Origin: an uncultured Candidatus Saccharibacteria bacterium
GTDB taxonomy: Bacteria; Patescibacteriota; Minisyncoccia; Portnoybacterales; UBA2143
DNA: 54,066 bases
NCBI GenBank assembly: GCA_964596615.1
Contig: CAZQUN010000007.1
Location: forward strand, 1 to 54,066
Direction of reading: 5' to 3'
The notes under the pieces are model-generated. The model was given only the letters and a program-made list of their open reading frames with translations. It had not been told where the DNA came from and made no database searches. The position numbers were made by a program, and so were the translations under genes. Each line of letters opens with the position of its first letter. Positions within the stretch are counted from its first letter, which is position 1. Positions 8,766-18,360 of this stretch are shown piece by piece.

Positions 8766-11297
8766 ATGAAAAGAAGGGTGATGATTAAAAAATTAATTTT
8801 TTATTGTTTTTTGACGCTTTTGGTAAGCAGTGTTTTTGTGTTCTTTAAAGAACCTATTTTTGCCTCAAATACTGACGGTACCATTGATTCAACCTATAAA
8901 TACGCCTGGGGTGAAAATATCGGTTGGGTGAATTTCGGCACTAGTAATGGCAATGTTCATGTCACAGACTCTGGATTGTCTGGTTATGCTCTTTCTGAAA
9001 CTATTGGTTGGATATATTTGGGCGATATAACAAATGATGGCCAAGGAAATTTGTCTGGTTATGCTTGGTCAGAGAACGCTGGTTGGATAAAATTTAATCC
9101 TGACAATGACGGCGTGGTTATCAATTCTTCGGGCGAGTTTACCGGTTCTGCTTTAGGAGAGAACATCGGCTGGATAATTTTTGACGGAGATTATAATGTT
9201 AAAACAGATTGGCGACCCCAAAGCGCCAGGCCTGCCTGCAACAATTCTTCTGACGATGACGGTGATGGGAAAACAGACTATCCCAATGATCCAGGATGTG
9301 ATTCTTTAACAGATACTGATGAGACAGACCCTTCGGGTGGGGGTGGTGGGTTACCACCGGGCGCTGGCAGCGCTCCGTCTTCTCCGTCTCCTAGCTCGTC
9401 AAATCCGAGTGGTTCTTTTCAAATATTGATTAATAGTGGCGCTGAATATACTAATAATCGAATAGTTGCCTTGAAAATGATCGCTGGTAGCGATAGTAAG
9501 AAAATGGCTGTTTCTGCTAATGCTGATTTACAAGACGGTAGTGGCCAAATTGCTTTTGAGGAATTTTATAATTGGGATTTGTGCTATTTGAAGACAAATT
9601 GTCCCGATGGTAAGTACGCTGTTTATGGCCGATTTTATACTGAATACGGCCAGCCGTCGGAAACTGTTTCTGATACCATTGTTTTAGACGCTACGCCGCC
9701 AAAAATAGATTTTGTAGGTTTTAGGAATTTTTATAGTCCTCAAGAAGAAATTATTTTATCGGGTAAAACTGAAAAAAATTCCGAAGTTATTTTGCACTGG
9801 GATGGAAAATATGGACTTGTTACGGCTGACTCTAACGGCGACTTTAAAATAAAGTTGGGCAGACAAACTAAAGGGGTCCATCATTTTGAGATAACCATCA
9901 CTGATCAAGCTGGTAATAAATCAAGTTCAACTTTTGATTTAAATATCATCGAAGGGGTCCCCTCTCAAGGTGTTCCTGAGCAGCCTGAAGGAAAAGAAAA
10001 GGAATCTGTGTTTAAGAAATTAGAGCCTTTTATCCCTGGATTCTTAAAACCAGAAGAACCTGAAGAGGAAAAGGAACAGCCAGAGGAAGAAATGATTATT
10101 ATTCCAGAAAACGCGCCAGCTGCTTTGCGTGGGGAATGGAATTTAATGCCTCAATCAGTGGAAAGATTTGTCTTGGCGCCTTTACCTAAAGAAATTAGAA
10201 ATTTAGCCCAGAAGTTTCCAAAACTTGAAAAAACCCTTGAAGAAGTCGGCATTAATAAAATTACGGATATCGCAAAGCTCAAAACCGTTGAATTGACTCT
10301 CCCCGGGTTAACAGAAAGAGTTGGCTTGCCGACATCCAAGATTGAACCTGGTAGATTCGCTTTGCCCCAAGGCGTTCCAGTTACCAATTTATCTTCAGCA
10401 ACTAAAGAGCAACTGCCCGCAGAAATTGTTTTTGCCAGAACCGGTGATGAATTGATTGATTTTAATATTGCCTTGTCTGTTACCGAAAAAGGCGAACCCC
10501 AACAAAGAATCAATACAATTTCAGGCAAACCTCTACAGTTGGTGGTAAAACCAGATAAGCCAGTAAAAAGCGTTAAGGGCTATCTGGTATTTAAGTCAAA
10601 AGCCAGTCAATCCACTTCTTTAAATCTTCCTCTTGATTCTTTGCTAGCATCTTTGTTTTTTGCTAATCCGGTTTTTGCCAAGCCCCAAGAGCAGCCGGTT
10701 AGAGTTGAGGAAAAGTTGGTTTTATTAGAGTTTGAATATACTGATCCCGACGGCGACGGAATTTATACCGCAGAAATTCAAGCACCTTTGATTGAAGGCG
10801 AATACGAAGTTATTACTGTCATGGATTTTGACGACCCAGAATTAGGTAAAAAGGAAATCAGATTAATTACAGTCATTGATCCAGAAGGATATATTTATGA
10901 AAAAGATGGCGATAAAGAAACTCGTATCCCTGGTGCTATTGTTTCTCTCTTTTGGTTAAATCCAGAAACTAAGCAATACGAAATTTGGCCAGCTGGAGAA
11001 TATCAGCAGGAGAACCCCCAAACTACTGATGTTAGGGGGACTTATTCATTTTTAGTGCCAGAGGGTTATTATTACCTCAAGGCTGAAGCACCGGGTTATC
11101 TTGTTTATGATGGCAAGCCGTTTCAAGTTAAAGAAGGCAGCGGAATTCATATCAACATTGAACTCAAGACTAAATATTGGTGGCTGAAAATTGTTGATTG
11201 GAAAATTATTGTAATGGTTATTTTTGGCGCTTTATTGCTCTATAACTTCTATCGTGATAAAATAAGAGAAAGACTGGCAAGGTCAAAAAATATATGA
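8766..11297 (+). CDS. Large CPR-type surface protein (GYAWSENxGWI repeats, DxDGDG loops, Ig-like and carboxypeptidase-regulatory-like domains, C-terminal TM)
   Basis: Signal peptide, four (Y/S)A(W/L)xEx(I/A)GW repeats, CNNSSDDDGDGKTDYPNDPGC, Pro/Ser linker, C-terminal hydrophobic anchor. Confidence 0.75.
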   Translation: MKRRVMIKKLIFYCFLTLLVSSVFVFFKEPIFASNTDGTIDSTYKYAWGENIGWVNFGTSNGNVHVTDSGLSGYALSETIGWIYLGDITNDGQGNLSGYAWSENAGWIKFNPDNDGVVINSSGEFTGSALGENIGWIIFDGDYNVKTDWRPQSARPACNNSSDDDGDGKTDYPNDPGCDSLTDTDETDPSGGGGGLPPGAGSAPSSPSPSSSNPSGSFQILINSGAEYTNNRIVALKMIAGSDSKKMAVSANADLQDGSGQIAFEEFYNWDLCYLKTNCPDGKYAVYGRFYTEYGQPSETVSDTIVLDATPPKIDFVGFRNFYSPQEEIILSGKTEKNSEVILHWDGKYGLVTADSNGDFKIKLGRQTKGVHHFEITITDQAGNKSSSTFDLNIIEGVPSQGVPEQPEGKEKESVFKKLEPFIPGFLKPEEPEEEKEQPEEEMIIIPENAPAALRGEWNLMPQSVERFVLAPLPKEIRNLAQKFPKLEKTLEEVGINKITDIAKLKTVELTLPGLTERVGLPTSKIEPGRFALPQGVPVTNLSSATKEQLPAEIVFARTGDELIDFNIALSVTEKGEPQQRINTISGKPLQLVVKPDKPVKSVKGYLVFKSKASQSTSLNLPLDSLLASLFFANPVFAKPQEQPVRVEEKLVLLEFEYTDPDGDGIYTAEIQAPLIEGEYEVITVMDFDDPELGKKEIRLITVIDPEGYIYEKDGDKETRIPGAIVSLFWLNPETKQYEIWPAGEYQQENPQTTDVRGTYSFLVPEGYYYLKAEAPGYLVYDGKPFQVKEGSGIHINIELKTKYWWLKIVDWKIIVMVIFGALLLYNFYRDKIRERLARSKNI

Positions 11298-11659
11298 ATA
11301 AATCAAAAATAGTTTTAATCTTTATTATTTTAATTCTATTGGCGGGTAATATTTTTTTTGGGATTAAATATTTTTCTGCTGTCAAAGAACTTCGTCAAAC
11401 TCAAATTGCCTTAGAGGATCAAGTGTTGAATGAAAAAATTTTAGACTTTACAAAGCTTTTTATTGAAAAAGTGTTAAAAACTGAAATAGAAGTTGATTTT
11501 GAGACGCGGCTCAAATTAGGAAATGCGGTCAGAAATTTAGAAGACGAGAAAATTCTAAGCCAATGGCAAAAATTCGTTGAAAGTCAGACCGAGAGCGATG
11601 CCCAGCTAGAAGTCAAAAATTTATTGGAAATTTTAATAAGCAAAATCAAGGTTAGATAA
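11294..11659 (+). CDS. Small membrane-anchored hypothetical protein
   Basis: N-terminal TM helix; ATGA overlap with the upstream gene. Confidence 0.7.
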   Translation: MNKSKIVLIFIILILLAGNIFFGIKYFSAVKELRQTQIALEDQVLNEKILDFTKLFIEKVLKTEIEVDFETRLKLGNAVRNLEDEKILSQWQKFVESQTESDAQLEVKNLLEILISKIKVR

Positions 11660-11751
11660 ACAAGACTGAAATAGCTTTATTATTAATTATAATGAAGAAC
11701 AATCAGTCTTTTTTTATTGGTTTGATAATTTCATTCAAGCTTCTTTTTTAG

Positions 11752-11949
11752 TCACTTTTTGATAATTTTGTAATTTTTTTGAAGGAACACCAATTCTTCT
11801 TTTAGTTTTTTAAGCAGTCTAATTTGTCGATTTTGTTCTGGGCTCTTTTTGTTTTGTTCTAATGTTTGACGAGTTAAATCTAATACAGTGGCGAGTGTGC
11901 CGAAGTAATCATTTTGCTTAATATGTTTTTCTACTTGTCTTTTATTCAT
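11752..11949 (-). CDS. Small basic hypothetical protein downstream of a structured RNA
   Basis: 65-aa ORF starting right after the U-rich tail of the cloverleaf at 11960-12054. Confidence 0.6.
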   Translation of the reverse strand: MNKRQVEKHIKQNDYFGTLATVLDLTRQTLEQNKKSPEQNRQIRLLKKLKEELVFLQKNYKIIKK

Positions 11950-11950
11950 A

Positions 11951-12054
11951 AAAACAAAAAGCCCACCACCAGAAGGATCTTGCGACCCCTATGCAGGTTT
12001 CCCCGCATAACGCTACGAACGCCCTGATGATGGGTTCTTTATGTTCGTAGCGTT
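11951..12054 (-). ncRNA. Structured cis-regulatory RNA, cloverleaf with two GNRA hairpins (C4/CI antisense-RNA-like)
   Basis: Minus strand: closing stem CCCAUCAUCAGG/UCUGGUGGUGGG with G-U pairs; hairpins AUGCGGG-GAAA-CCUGCAU and GGGUC-GCAA-GAUCC; a perfect 12-bp alternative pairing 12009-12020/12043-12054; followed by a U-tract. Confidence 0.6.
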
Positions 12055-12291
12055 TTTTAACCATGCCGTATAGAGATAATCTATAAGGTTTAGGCTGTTC
12101 TACGTATATTCAATTGTACGATAATAATTCTACCATATTATAATGGTTTTTTGTATAGAAATAGACAACGAGGCTATATCTGTTGATTCTAGCCATCTAC
12201 TGTTTGTCTTGATTGTATCTCTAAAAAGGGGTAATCTTGAAAATAGACATAAAAAAAGCAAAAATTCAATTAGAGAAATTAAAAGAGTAAA

Positions 12292-13437
12292 ATGAAAGAA
12301 AAAATTCAAAAACTTTTTAATGATTTTTTAAGGGATTACGATGTAGAAAAACATAGGATTGTTTGGGAAAAACAGAGCAAAGAATTCCGTGATTTTTGGC
12401 AGAATAAGATTTTAAACAAAGATTATAGTATAATTCCCGAAGCTGATTTAGACCCTATTATTAGAATTTTAGATTATTTAGGTAGGGGTAGTGGAGAATT
12501 TAGAGAAGCTGGCGGAGAACCAGTAGCTAAGCCGTATATACATCAAGGGGCCTGGTATAGGATGTTTAAAAGCTTAAAAGAAAATGAAAATATTAGGCAG
12601 ACTTTGGATAGCTTATTCAAAGCTACAGATAGCGAATCTAAGATAGGATTGATCGATAAACTTAAGGAAATAAATGAAGATAAGGGAAACGGACTGACTG
12701 GAGAAAAAGGCGTTATATTAAATGATTTACTTTTTGCTTATAATCCAAATCAATATATCTGTGTTGTTTCCTTAGAGCATCGAAGTCGGATCATAGATTA
12801 TTTCGGGCTTGGTAATAATGAAGCTCATCAATTAGCTTCTTATGGCGAAAAGATTGTTCAAACCAATGAAGAGATAATTTCTGGTTTTAAGGAAAAATAT
12901 GACATAGATACCACTCCTAGAGCGTTAACCCAGTTTTTCTATTCGGATAAAGTTGAGCCGCTTTGGAAAGAGACCGCGTCTAGAGAATTAATTGCTGAAG
13001 AGGATGAATCAGATCAAGAAGATATTTTGGATGAAAAAGGGTTTGCCTTAGAAAAACACTTAGAAGACTTCCTAATTACTAACTGGGAAAAGACTGAACT
13101 TGGTAAAAACCTTAAACTTATTGAGGAGGAAGGAATTCTAGTCAGTCAACAATATAAGATTCCTATTGGCAGAATAGATATTCTTGTTCAAGATAAATCA
13201 ACAGATGATTATGTGGTAATAGAACTTAAGAAAGGGAGAACGAGCGATAAGGTGGTTGGTCAGATTTCAACATATATTGGTTGGGTTCAAGAACATAAAG
13301 CTGGAAAGGATCAAAAAGTTAGAGGTGTTATTATTTCCGGGGAAGATGACGAAAAACTTCGTTATTCTTTAAAAAACATTCCGAATGTTGAAATGTTCGT
13401 ATATAAAGTGGATTTTTCTTTAAAGAAGATTATTTAG
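12292..13437 (+). CDS. NucS/DUF91-like PD-(D/E)XK endonuclease fused to an N-terminal domain of unknown function (putative restriction/defence nuclease)
   Basis: C-terminal LEKHLEDFL...GRIDILVQD...VVIELKKG...VGQISTY. Confidence 0.75.
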   Translation: MKEKIQKLFNDFLRDYDVEKHRIVWEKQSKEFRDFWQNKILNKDYSIIPEADLDPIIRILDYLGRGSGEFREAGGEPVAKPYIHQGAWYRMFKSLKENENIRQTLDSLFKATDSESKIGLIDKLKEINEDKGNGLTGEKGVILNDLLFAYNPNQYICVVSLEHRSRIIDYFGLGNNEAHQLASYGEKIVQTNEEIISGFKEKYDIDTTPRALTQFFYSDKVEPLWKETASRELIAEEDESDQEDILDEKGFALEKHLEDFLITNWEKTELGKNLKLIEEEGILVSQQYKIPIGRIDILVQDKSTDDYVVIELKKGRTSDKVVGQISTYIGWVQEHKAGKDQKVRGVIISGEDDEKLRYSLKNIPNVEMFVYKVDFSLKKII

Positions 13438-13440
13438 CAA

Positions 13441-13716
13441 ATGATTAAAAAAATGACCAAAAAACAATCAAAAAAGAATACGGAGAATAAGACGGATAGA
13501 AGAGCAATTAGAAGAATAAAGCCCAAAAGACCAAAGGGGATTAGGGCGGTAAAACCAGAAGAATTTAGAAGAATAATGGATAGGATAGAATTGATTGATA
13601 AGGAAGCAGAAAAAGAAAAGGAACTTTTTGATATTAAGATGAATTCTTTGAGATTAGAAAAGGAATATCTTTGGAATATATTAAAGCCGAAAAGGAAGAA
13701 GGTAAAAAAGTCGTAA
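13441..13716 (+). CDS. Basic coiled-coil hypothetical protein
   Basis: 91-aa Lys/Arg-rich ORF 3 nt after the nuclease stop. Confidence 0.55.
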   Translation: MIKKMTKKQSKKNTENKTDRRAIRRIKPKRPKGIRAVKPEEFRRIMDRIELIDKEAEKEKELFDIKMNSLRLEKEYLWNILKPKRKKVKKS

Positions 13717-13745
13717 ACAAAATAAATTAAGTCTTTAAATCTAAC

Positions 13746-14303
13746 ATGAAAAAATTACTTTATATCATAGGAGGTGTAGCCGTTTTAATCATTATTATCG
13801 TTGTTATCGCAAACAGCGGCGGAAAGGAAGAAACAAATTTAGAGTCGGAATCTCAACCGGCGCCGCAGGAACAAGCTCAGCCAGAGGTGACGGATTATAG
13901 CATTCAATTTACAGCAGAACATATCAGTGGTAGAAACCTTAAGGTAGACGGTACTACAAATTTGCCCAACGGAGCCAAAGTTCATATAACGGTTTATGAT
14001 GAAGATTATTTTAAATACGATGACGCAGATCCAGATTGGCGGTTAGAGAATTTAACTCATTTTAGCGATTCGGTGATAGTGAACGATGGGAACTTCGCAA
14101 AAACATTAACAGCTTCTGAAATGGAAGCGCCCTTGAAGTCAGATAAATACGAAGTTGAAGTTTCTTTTAACCCTCGTTCTCAATCGAACAATATAAAGAA
14201 GATCGTAGGCGAAAATGGAGAGTATTTAGGCGGTGAATTACTAGATACCGAGATAGAAGGATTGACAATGCTAAAAACCACACAGTTGATTAGCTTAAAA
14301 TAG
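13746..14303 (+). CDS. Membrane-anchored extracytoplasmic beta-rich protein
   Basis: N-terminal TM helix; GTTNLPNGAKV and FNPRSQ...VGENGEYLGG segments. Confidence 0.7.
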   Translation: MKKLLYIIGGVAVLIIIIVVIANSGGKEETNLESESQPAPQEQAQPEVTDYSIQFTAEHISGRNLKVDGTTNLPNGAKVHITVYDEDYFKYDDADPDWRLENLTHFSDSVIVNDGNFAKTLTASEMEAPLKSDKYEVEVSFNPRSQSNNIKKIVGENGEYLGGELLDTEIEGLTMLKTTQLISLK

Positions 14304-14324
14304 CATTGTAACCAATATTGGTTA

Positions 14325-14368
14325 AAAGCTCCCGGGCCAGCTTCGAAAAAGCCCGGGAGTTTTAATTT
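14325..14368 (+). terminator. Rho-independent terminator
   Basis: CTCCCGGGC...GCCCGGGAG stem followed by TTTTAATTTT. Confidence 0.75.
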
Positions 14369-14405
14369 TGCTTGCCTAATTTTGGCCCGACAGATTCTGT
14401 CACTT

Positions 14406-14434
14406 TTGACAGGAAAACGGAATAGGGTTATACT
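14406..14434 (+). promoter_or_regulatory. Near-consensus sigma70 promoter of the nuclease/R-M operon
   Basis: TTGACA-17 nt-TATACT, 10 nt before ATG 14445. Confidence 0.8.
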
Positions 14435-14444
14435 TGAATTAAAC

Positions 14445-15416
14445 ATGATTAGCCGTATTCCTAAACCATTTCTTTACACCTTTATATTAGTAGCGGTTTT
14501 GGGTATTGGAATTTTGATTGGCGCTAGCGGAAACAAAAGCAGTGATGCACCAGAGAACAAAATACAGCAAACAGCGGATATTGCAGGCGATCTCAAGAAT
14601 AGGGCTGTAGATGGAAATGAAGAAAGCGAATTGAATAATGATGATATCACTGAAAAACAATCAGCCGAGGCGCCGGCGATTAACTCAACCCGTTCAGTTA
14701 AAGTGAGCCGGGTATTGGACGGAGACACTATTGAGATTGAGGGCGGAGAACGAGTCAGGTATCTTGGGATTAACGCGCCTGAGTTGGGTCAGCCGTTTTC
14801 TACCGAAGCGACCAGAGAAAATGAAAGATTGGTGGCTGGCCGAACAGTTAATCTTGAATTTGATGTCCAAACGCAGGACCGTTATGAACGGCTCTTGGCC
14901 TATATTTGGATAAACGATACCTTAATAAATAAAGAGATTGTAAGAAATGGCTACGCCATCAGCGAAACAATCCAGCCCAATGATAAATATCAGGATTTAA
15001 TCTTAGGAGCCCAGCAGGAAGCTAAAGACGCTTGCCGCGGTTTATGGGCGGGGCTGTGTTCTCAAAGTTCAGAAAGTTCCTGTGTTAAAATTGTTAATAT
15101 CAATGCTGACGCGCCAGGTAATGATAATGAGAACAAAAATGGCGAATGGATTGAGATAAAAAATACTTGCTCCGAAGCGGTTTCAATGAATGGCTGGCTG
15201 ATTAAAGATAATTCAGCCAGCAATAAATATCAATTTGGAAATTTTACACTTGAAGGATTAAAGGGAGTGATTATTTATTCTGGTTGCGGCACTAATGCCC
15301 AAGATAAACTTTATTGGCAATGCCCAGAAGGAAATTATGCTGTTTGGAATAATACAGGGGATCACGCTTTCCTTTATGACGCCAGTGATGATTTAATTAC
15401 GGAATATCAATACTAA
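14445..15416 (+). CDS. Membrane-anchored thermonuclease (SNase) with C-terminal lamin-tail domain
   Basis: RVLDGDTI, VRYLGINAPE, QDRYERLLAY, RGLW; C-terminal NGEWIEIKN...VWNNTGD. The promoter position supports ATG 14445 over the TTG at 14382. Confidence 0.9.
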   Translation: MISRIPKPFLYTFILVAVLGIGILIGASGNKSSDAPENKIQQTADIAGDLKNRAVDGNEESELNNDDITEKQSAEAPAINSTRSVKVSRVLDGDTIEIEGGERVRYLGINAPELGQPFSTEATRENERLVAGRTVNLEFDVQTQDRYERLLAYIWINDTLINKEIVRNGYAISETIQPNDKYQDLILGAQQEAKDACRGLWAGLCSQSSESSCVKIVNINADAPGNDNENKNGEWIEIKNTCSEAVSMNGWLIKDNSASNKYQFGNFTLEGLKGVIIYSGCGTNAQDKLYWQCPEGNYAVWNNTGDHAFLYDASDDLITEYQY

Positions 15417-15417
15417 T

Positions 15418-15615
15418 ATGCCAAATCATAAAGACAAACTATTAACCATCAAAGAGGTAGCAGAATTTTTAAGAGTAAGCGAACGCTCGGTAATTCGCTA
15501 TATTGAAGCTGGTCGACTTAGAGCTATTAAGGTTGGCTATTGGCGAGTGTCAGAAAAAGCATTACAGGATTTTATGAGACGTAGCTCCAATAGCAATAAT
15601 AATAAAAAAAGATGA
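15418..15615 (+). CDS. Excisionase-type HTH (HTH_17) protein, possible R-M controller
   Basis: LLTIKEVAEFLRVSERSVIRYIEAGRLRAIKVG.WRV; coupled to the methylase. Confidence 0.8.
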   Translation: MPNHKDKLLTIKEVAEFLRVSERSVIRYIEAGRLRAIKVGYWRVSEKALQDFMRRSSNSNNNKKR

Positions 15616-17465
15616 GGTATTACGGTTGTAAAGACAAATTACTTCCTTTTATTGAGAAAGCTGTTAATAAAACTCGGTTATACGATGGAGCTAAATTTGT
15701 TGATTTATTTACAGGCACCACTGTTGTTGCTAAACATTTCAAAAAACTTGGATACACAGTTATAGCTAATGATAATTTAGAATTTTGCCATGCATTAGCA
15801 AAGGCATACATAGAACTAAGCGAATACCCTAAGTTTAGTGGTTTGAGAAATCTTATAAGTAAAACAAAATTATCGGGCGATTATCCTCACGAAAAAATTA
15901 TAAATTATTTAAATAATTTGGAGCCAGAGCAGGGATTTATTTATTCTAATTATTGTCCAACAGCAACCAAGAATTTAAGAACTTATTTCAGCGATGAAAA
16001 TGGCGGGAAAATTGATGTGATTAGAACAAAAATTCAGGAATGGAAAGATAAAGATTTGATTAATAATTTAGAATATTTTTATTTGATAACTGCTTTACTG
16101 GAATCAGTAAACCTGGTTTCAAATGTTGCTGGCACTTATGCTGCTTGTTTAAAAAATTGGGACGCCCGGGCATTAAAGAAAATTGTTTTGACACCACCAA
16201 AGATAATTCCAAGTAGTAGACAGAATAAGGCTTTTAAAAGAGATGCTAATGAATTAGTAAGGGAAATTTTTGCTGATGTTTACTATCTTGATCCTCCTTA
16301 TAATTCCCGACAATATATATCAAATTATTTCTTATTAGAGTTAATTGCCGAAGGATGGTTCAATCGTGATTTAGTCGTTAGAGGCAAGACGGGTCTGGTG
16401 TTTGATGAAAATAAAAAATCTGATTACAGTAAGAAAACCACAGCCTATAAGGCATTCAATGATTTGATAAGCGGAATAAAATCTCGTTATGTGATAATGA
16501 GTTATAATAACGAAGGAATTTTAAACGAAGGTCAGATTAATCGGGTATTAGAAGAAAAAGGAATTCTCGATTTAGTATCAAAGAATAATCATAAGAGATA
16601 TAAAAGCATTAATCAGACAGATGGTGATCCCAATGAAGTCGAAGAGAAAATATTTTTTGTCAAAATCAATGGTGTAAAAGAGAGATTTAATAATCTTAAT
16701 GGCGCTAAATGGTTACAGAATTCGTTTAGTATTTGGCGAGATATCAAAAAGAACAAAGAGGAATGGGAGTTGAAACATCCCGCAATGTTTCCGATTTCAT
16801 TAGTTGAGAAGGTTGTAGATATTTATACCAACAAACCAAATCAAGTTGTTTTAGACCCATTTGTAGGGAGTGGTAGTAGCATAATTGGCGCCCTTAAGAA
16901 AGGTATGAGGGGTGTGGGAATAGATTTAAGTAGCGATTATATTAAGATGATAAAAAAGAGGCTGAACACTACTTATAAGCAATATAATTATCCTCAAAAA
17001 TACTGGCTATATACTGATGACGCTATCAATTTGGATAAGCATGTAAAAGTTAATTCTGTTGATTTATGTATTACTTCACCGCCTTACTGGAATATATTAA
17101 ATGAACGCAGAACAGCCGATAATAAAGCGGTTAGAAATTACGGCAAGGCAAAGGCTGATTTAGGCAATATTAATAATTATCAGGATTTTCTAATAAATCT
17201 TAATAGTATATTTTCAAAGGTTCATAAAGTATTAAAGAAAAATAAATTCTGTATTGTTGTAGTAATGGATTTACGGAAGAAATCAAACTTTTATCCACTT
17301 CATTTGGATGTTGTTTCTAATATGCAGGATATCGGGTTCAGACTAAGGGATATGGTTATTTGGGATAGACAATCCGAATATAATAATTTAAGGCCGCTTG
17401 GATATCCTTATAGTTTTATAGTTAATAAAATTCATGAATATATTTTAATTTTTGAAAAACCTTAA
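15612..17465 (+). CDS. Fused double DNA methyltransferase: N-terminal N6-adenine (Dam/FokI-like) domain plus C-terminal N4-cytosine-type domain
   Basis: Domain 1: YYGCK, DLFTGT, YLDPPY. Domain 2: HPAMFP, LDPFVGSGS, ITSPPY. Confidence 0.9.
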   Translation: MRYYGCKDKLLPFIEKAVNKTRLYDGAKFVDLFTGTTVVAKHFKKLGYTVIANDNLEFCHALAKAYIELSEYPKFSGLRNLISKTKLSGDYPHEKIINYLNNLEPEQGFIYSNYCPTATKNLRTYFSDENGGKIDVIRTKIQEWKDKDLINNLEYFYLITALLESVNLVSNVAGTYAACLKNWDARALKKIVLTPPKIIPSSRQNKAFKRDANELVREIFADVYYLDPPYNSRQYISNYFLLELIAEGWFNRDLVVRGKTGLVFDENKKSDYSKKTTAYKAFNDLISGIKSRYVIMSYNNEGILNEGQINRVLEEKGILDLVSKNNHKRYKSINQTDGDPNEVEEKIFFVKINGVKERFNNLNGAKWLQNSFSIWRDIKKNKEEWELKHPAMFPISLVEKVVDIYTNKPNQVVLDPFVGSGSSIIGALKKGMRGVGIDLSSDYIKMIKKRLNTTYKQYNYPQKYWLYTDDAINLDKHVKVNSVDLCITSPPYWNILNERRTADNKAVRNYGKAKADLGNINNYQDFLINLNSIFSKVHKVLKKNKFCIVVVMDLRKKSNFYPLHLDVVSNMQDIGFRLRDMVIWDRQSEYNNLRPLGYPYSFIVNKIHEYILIFEKP

Positions 17466-17469
17466 ACAT

Positions 17470-18360
17470 ATGGACAAAACAAACAAATTATCATCATTTT
17501 TAAACGAAGACATGGCTTATTTTTTGGGCCTTGTTGTAGGGAGGGGAATAATTATAAAGGGGACAGAGACAAATAAGCTAATAATTGAATTCCCCTTCAA
17601 GAATTTAGAGGCTAAAGGCGTGACCAAAAAATATGATACCCAAATGCATTTGTCTGACAGCTTAGACAAAATCGTTAATCGTTTACGAAAGTTGGGCCTC
17701 AATATTAGGAAGGAGAGCGATACAGAAAACAAAAGTGTAAGTTTAATTATTGAGTGGCATGGAGAAGATATTGCCTGGCAATTATTGAGTTATTTATTAG
17801 ATAGAGAGCATAGCGACTATCATTCTTTTAGAATACCAAAAGCTATTTTTGAAGCTGATAAAGAAAAACAAAAGGAATTTTTAAGAGGGTATTTCGATGT
17901 CACAGGCTATATTAGAGCATCCAATGTTTATTTTTATAATCAGCACAGGGTTTATTTAGAAGTTGACCATAGAAATTGGTTTTTGGTTTTAGATTTAGAG
18001 AGGCTTTTAGATAGTGTAGGAGTGCCAATTCAAACAATAGATTTTGGTCACCCTAATTTTAGAGACCCAGAATTTAAGAAAGCAGTTGGCTTTTGGGCTA
18101 AAGAACATCAAATAAAGATTTTCGCTAATCAGTTTTTGCCGATTGGTTCTTATCTAACCCACAAAGACGAAGTATTAAAAGAGCTTGCGTCTTTGAATAA
18201 GCCAGATTCAGGCGAGGGAGAAAAAACAATAAGAGTTAAAGAAAAGCCTCAAAACCCAGAGGAGTCATCGGACAAATTGCCAGAGTTTTTAAGAGGTAAA
18301 CACTTTAATCATTATACTGAGCTTTTAGATTATTTAAGTTCAACAGATCAAAATGGATAA
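17470..18360 (+). CDS. Double-LAGLIDADG-like protein with degenerate catalytic positions; putative specificity subunit
   Basis: AYFLGLVVGRG and EFLRGYFDVTG resemble the two LAGLIDADG helices but lack the penultimate acidic residue. Confidence 0.6.
   Translation: MDKTNKLSSFLNEDMAYFLGLVVGRGIIIKGTETNKLIIEFPFKNLEAKGVTKKYDTQMHLSDSLDKIVNRLRKLGLNIRKESDTENKSVSLIIEWHGEDIAWQLLSYLLDREHSDYHSFRIPKAIFEADKEKQKEFLRGYFDVTGYIRASNVYFYNQHRVYLEVDHRNWFLVLDLERLLDSVGVPIQTIDFGHPNFRDPEFKKAVGFWAKEHQIKIFANQFLPIGSYLTHKDEVLKELASLNKPDSGEGEKTIRVKEKPQNPEESSDKLPEFLRGKHFNHYTELLDYLSSTDQNG

Noticed and set aside
8766-11297. Possible second DGR target
   Set aside because: No VR-like match to TR was seen in this gene or elsewhere in the window.
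11960-12054. c-di-GMP-I riboswitch (GGGAAAC / GCAA resemblance)
   Set aside because: The order and pairing of elements do not fit the two-hairpin tetraloop/receptor layout; kept only as an unassigned cloverleaf.
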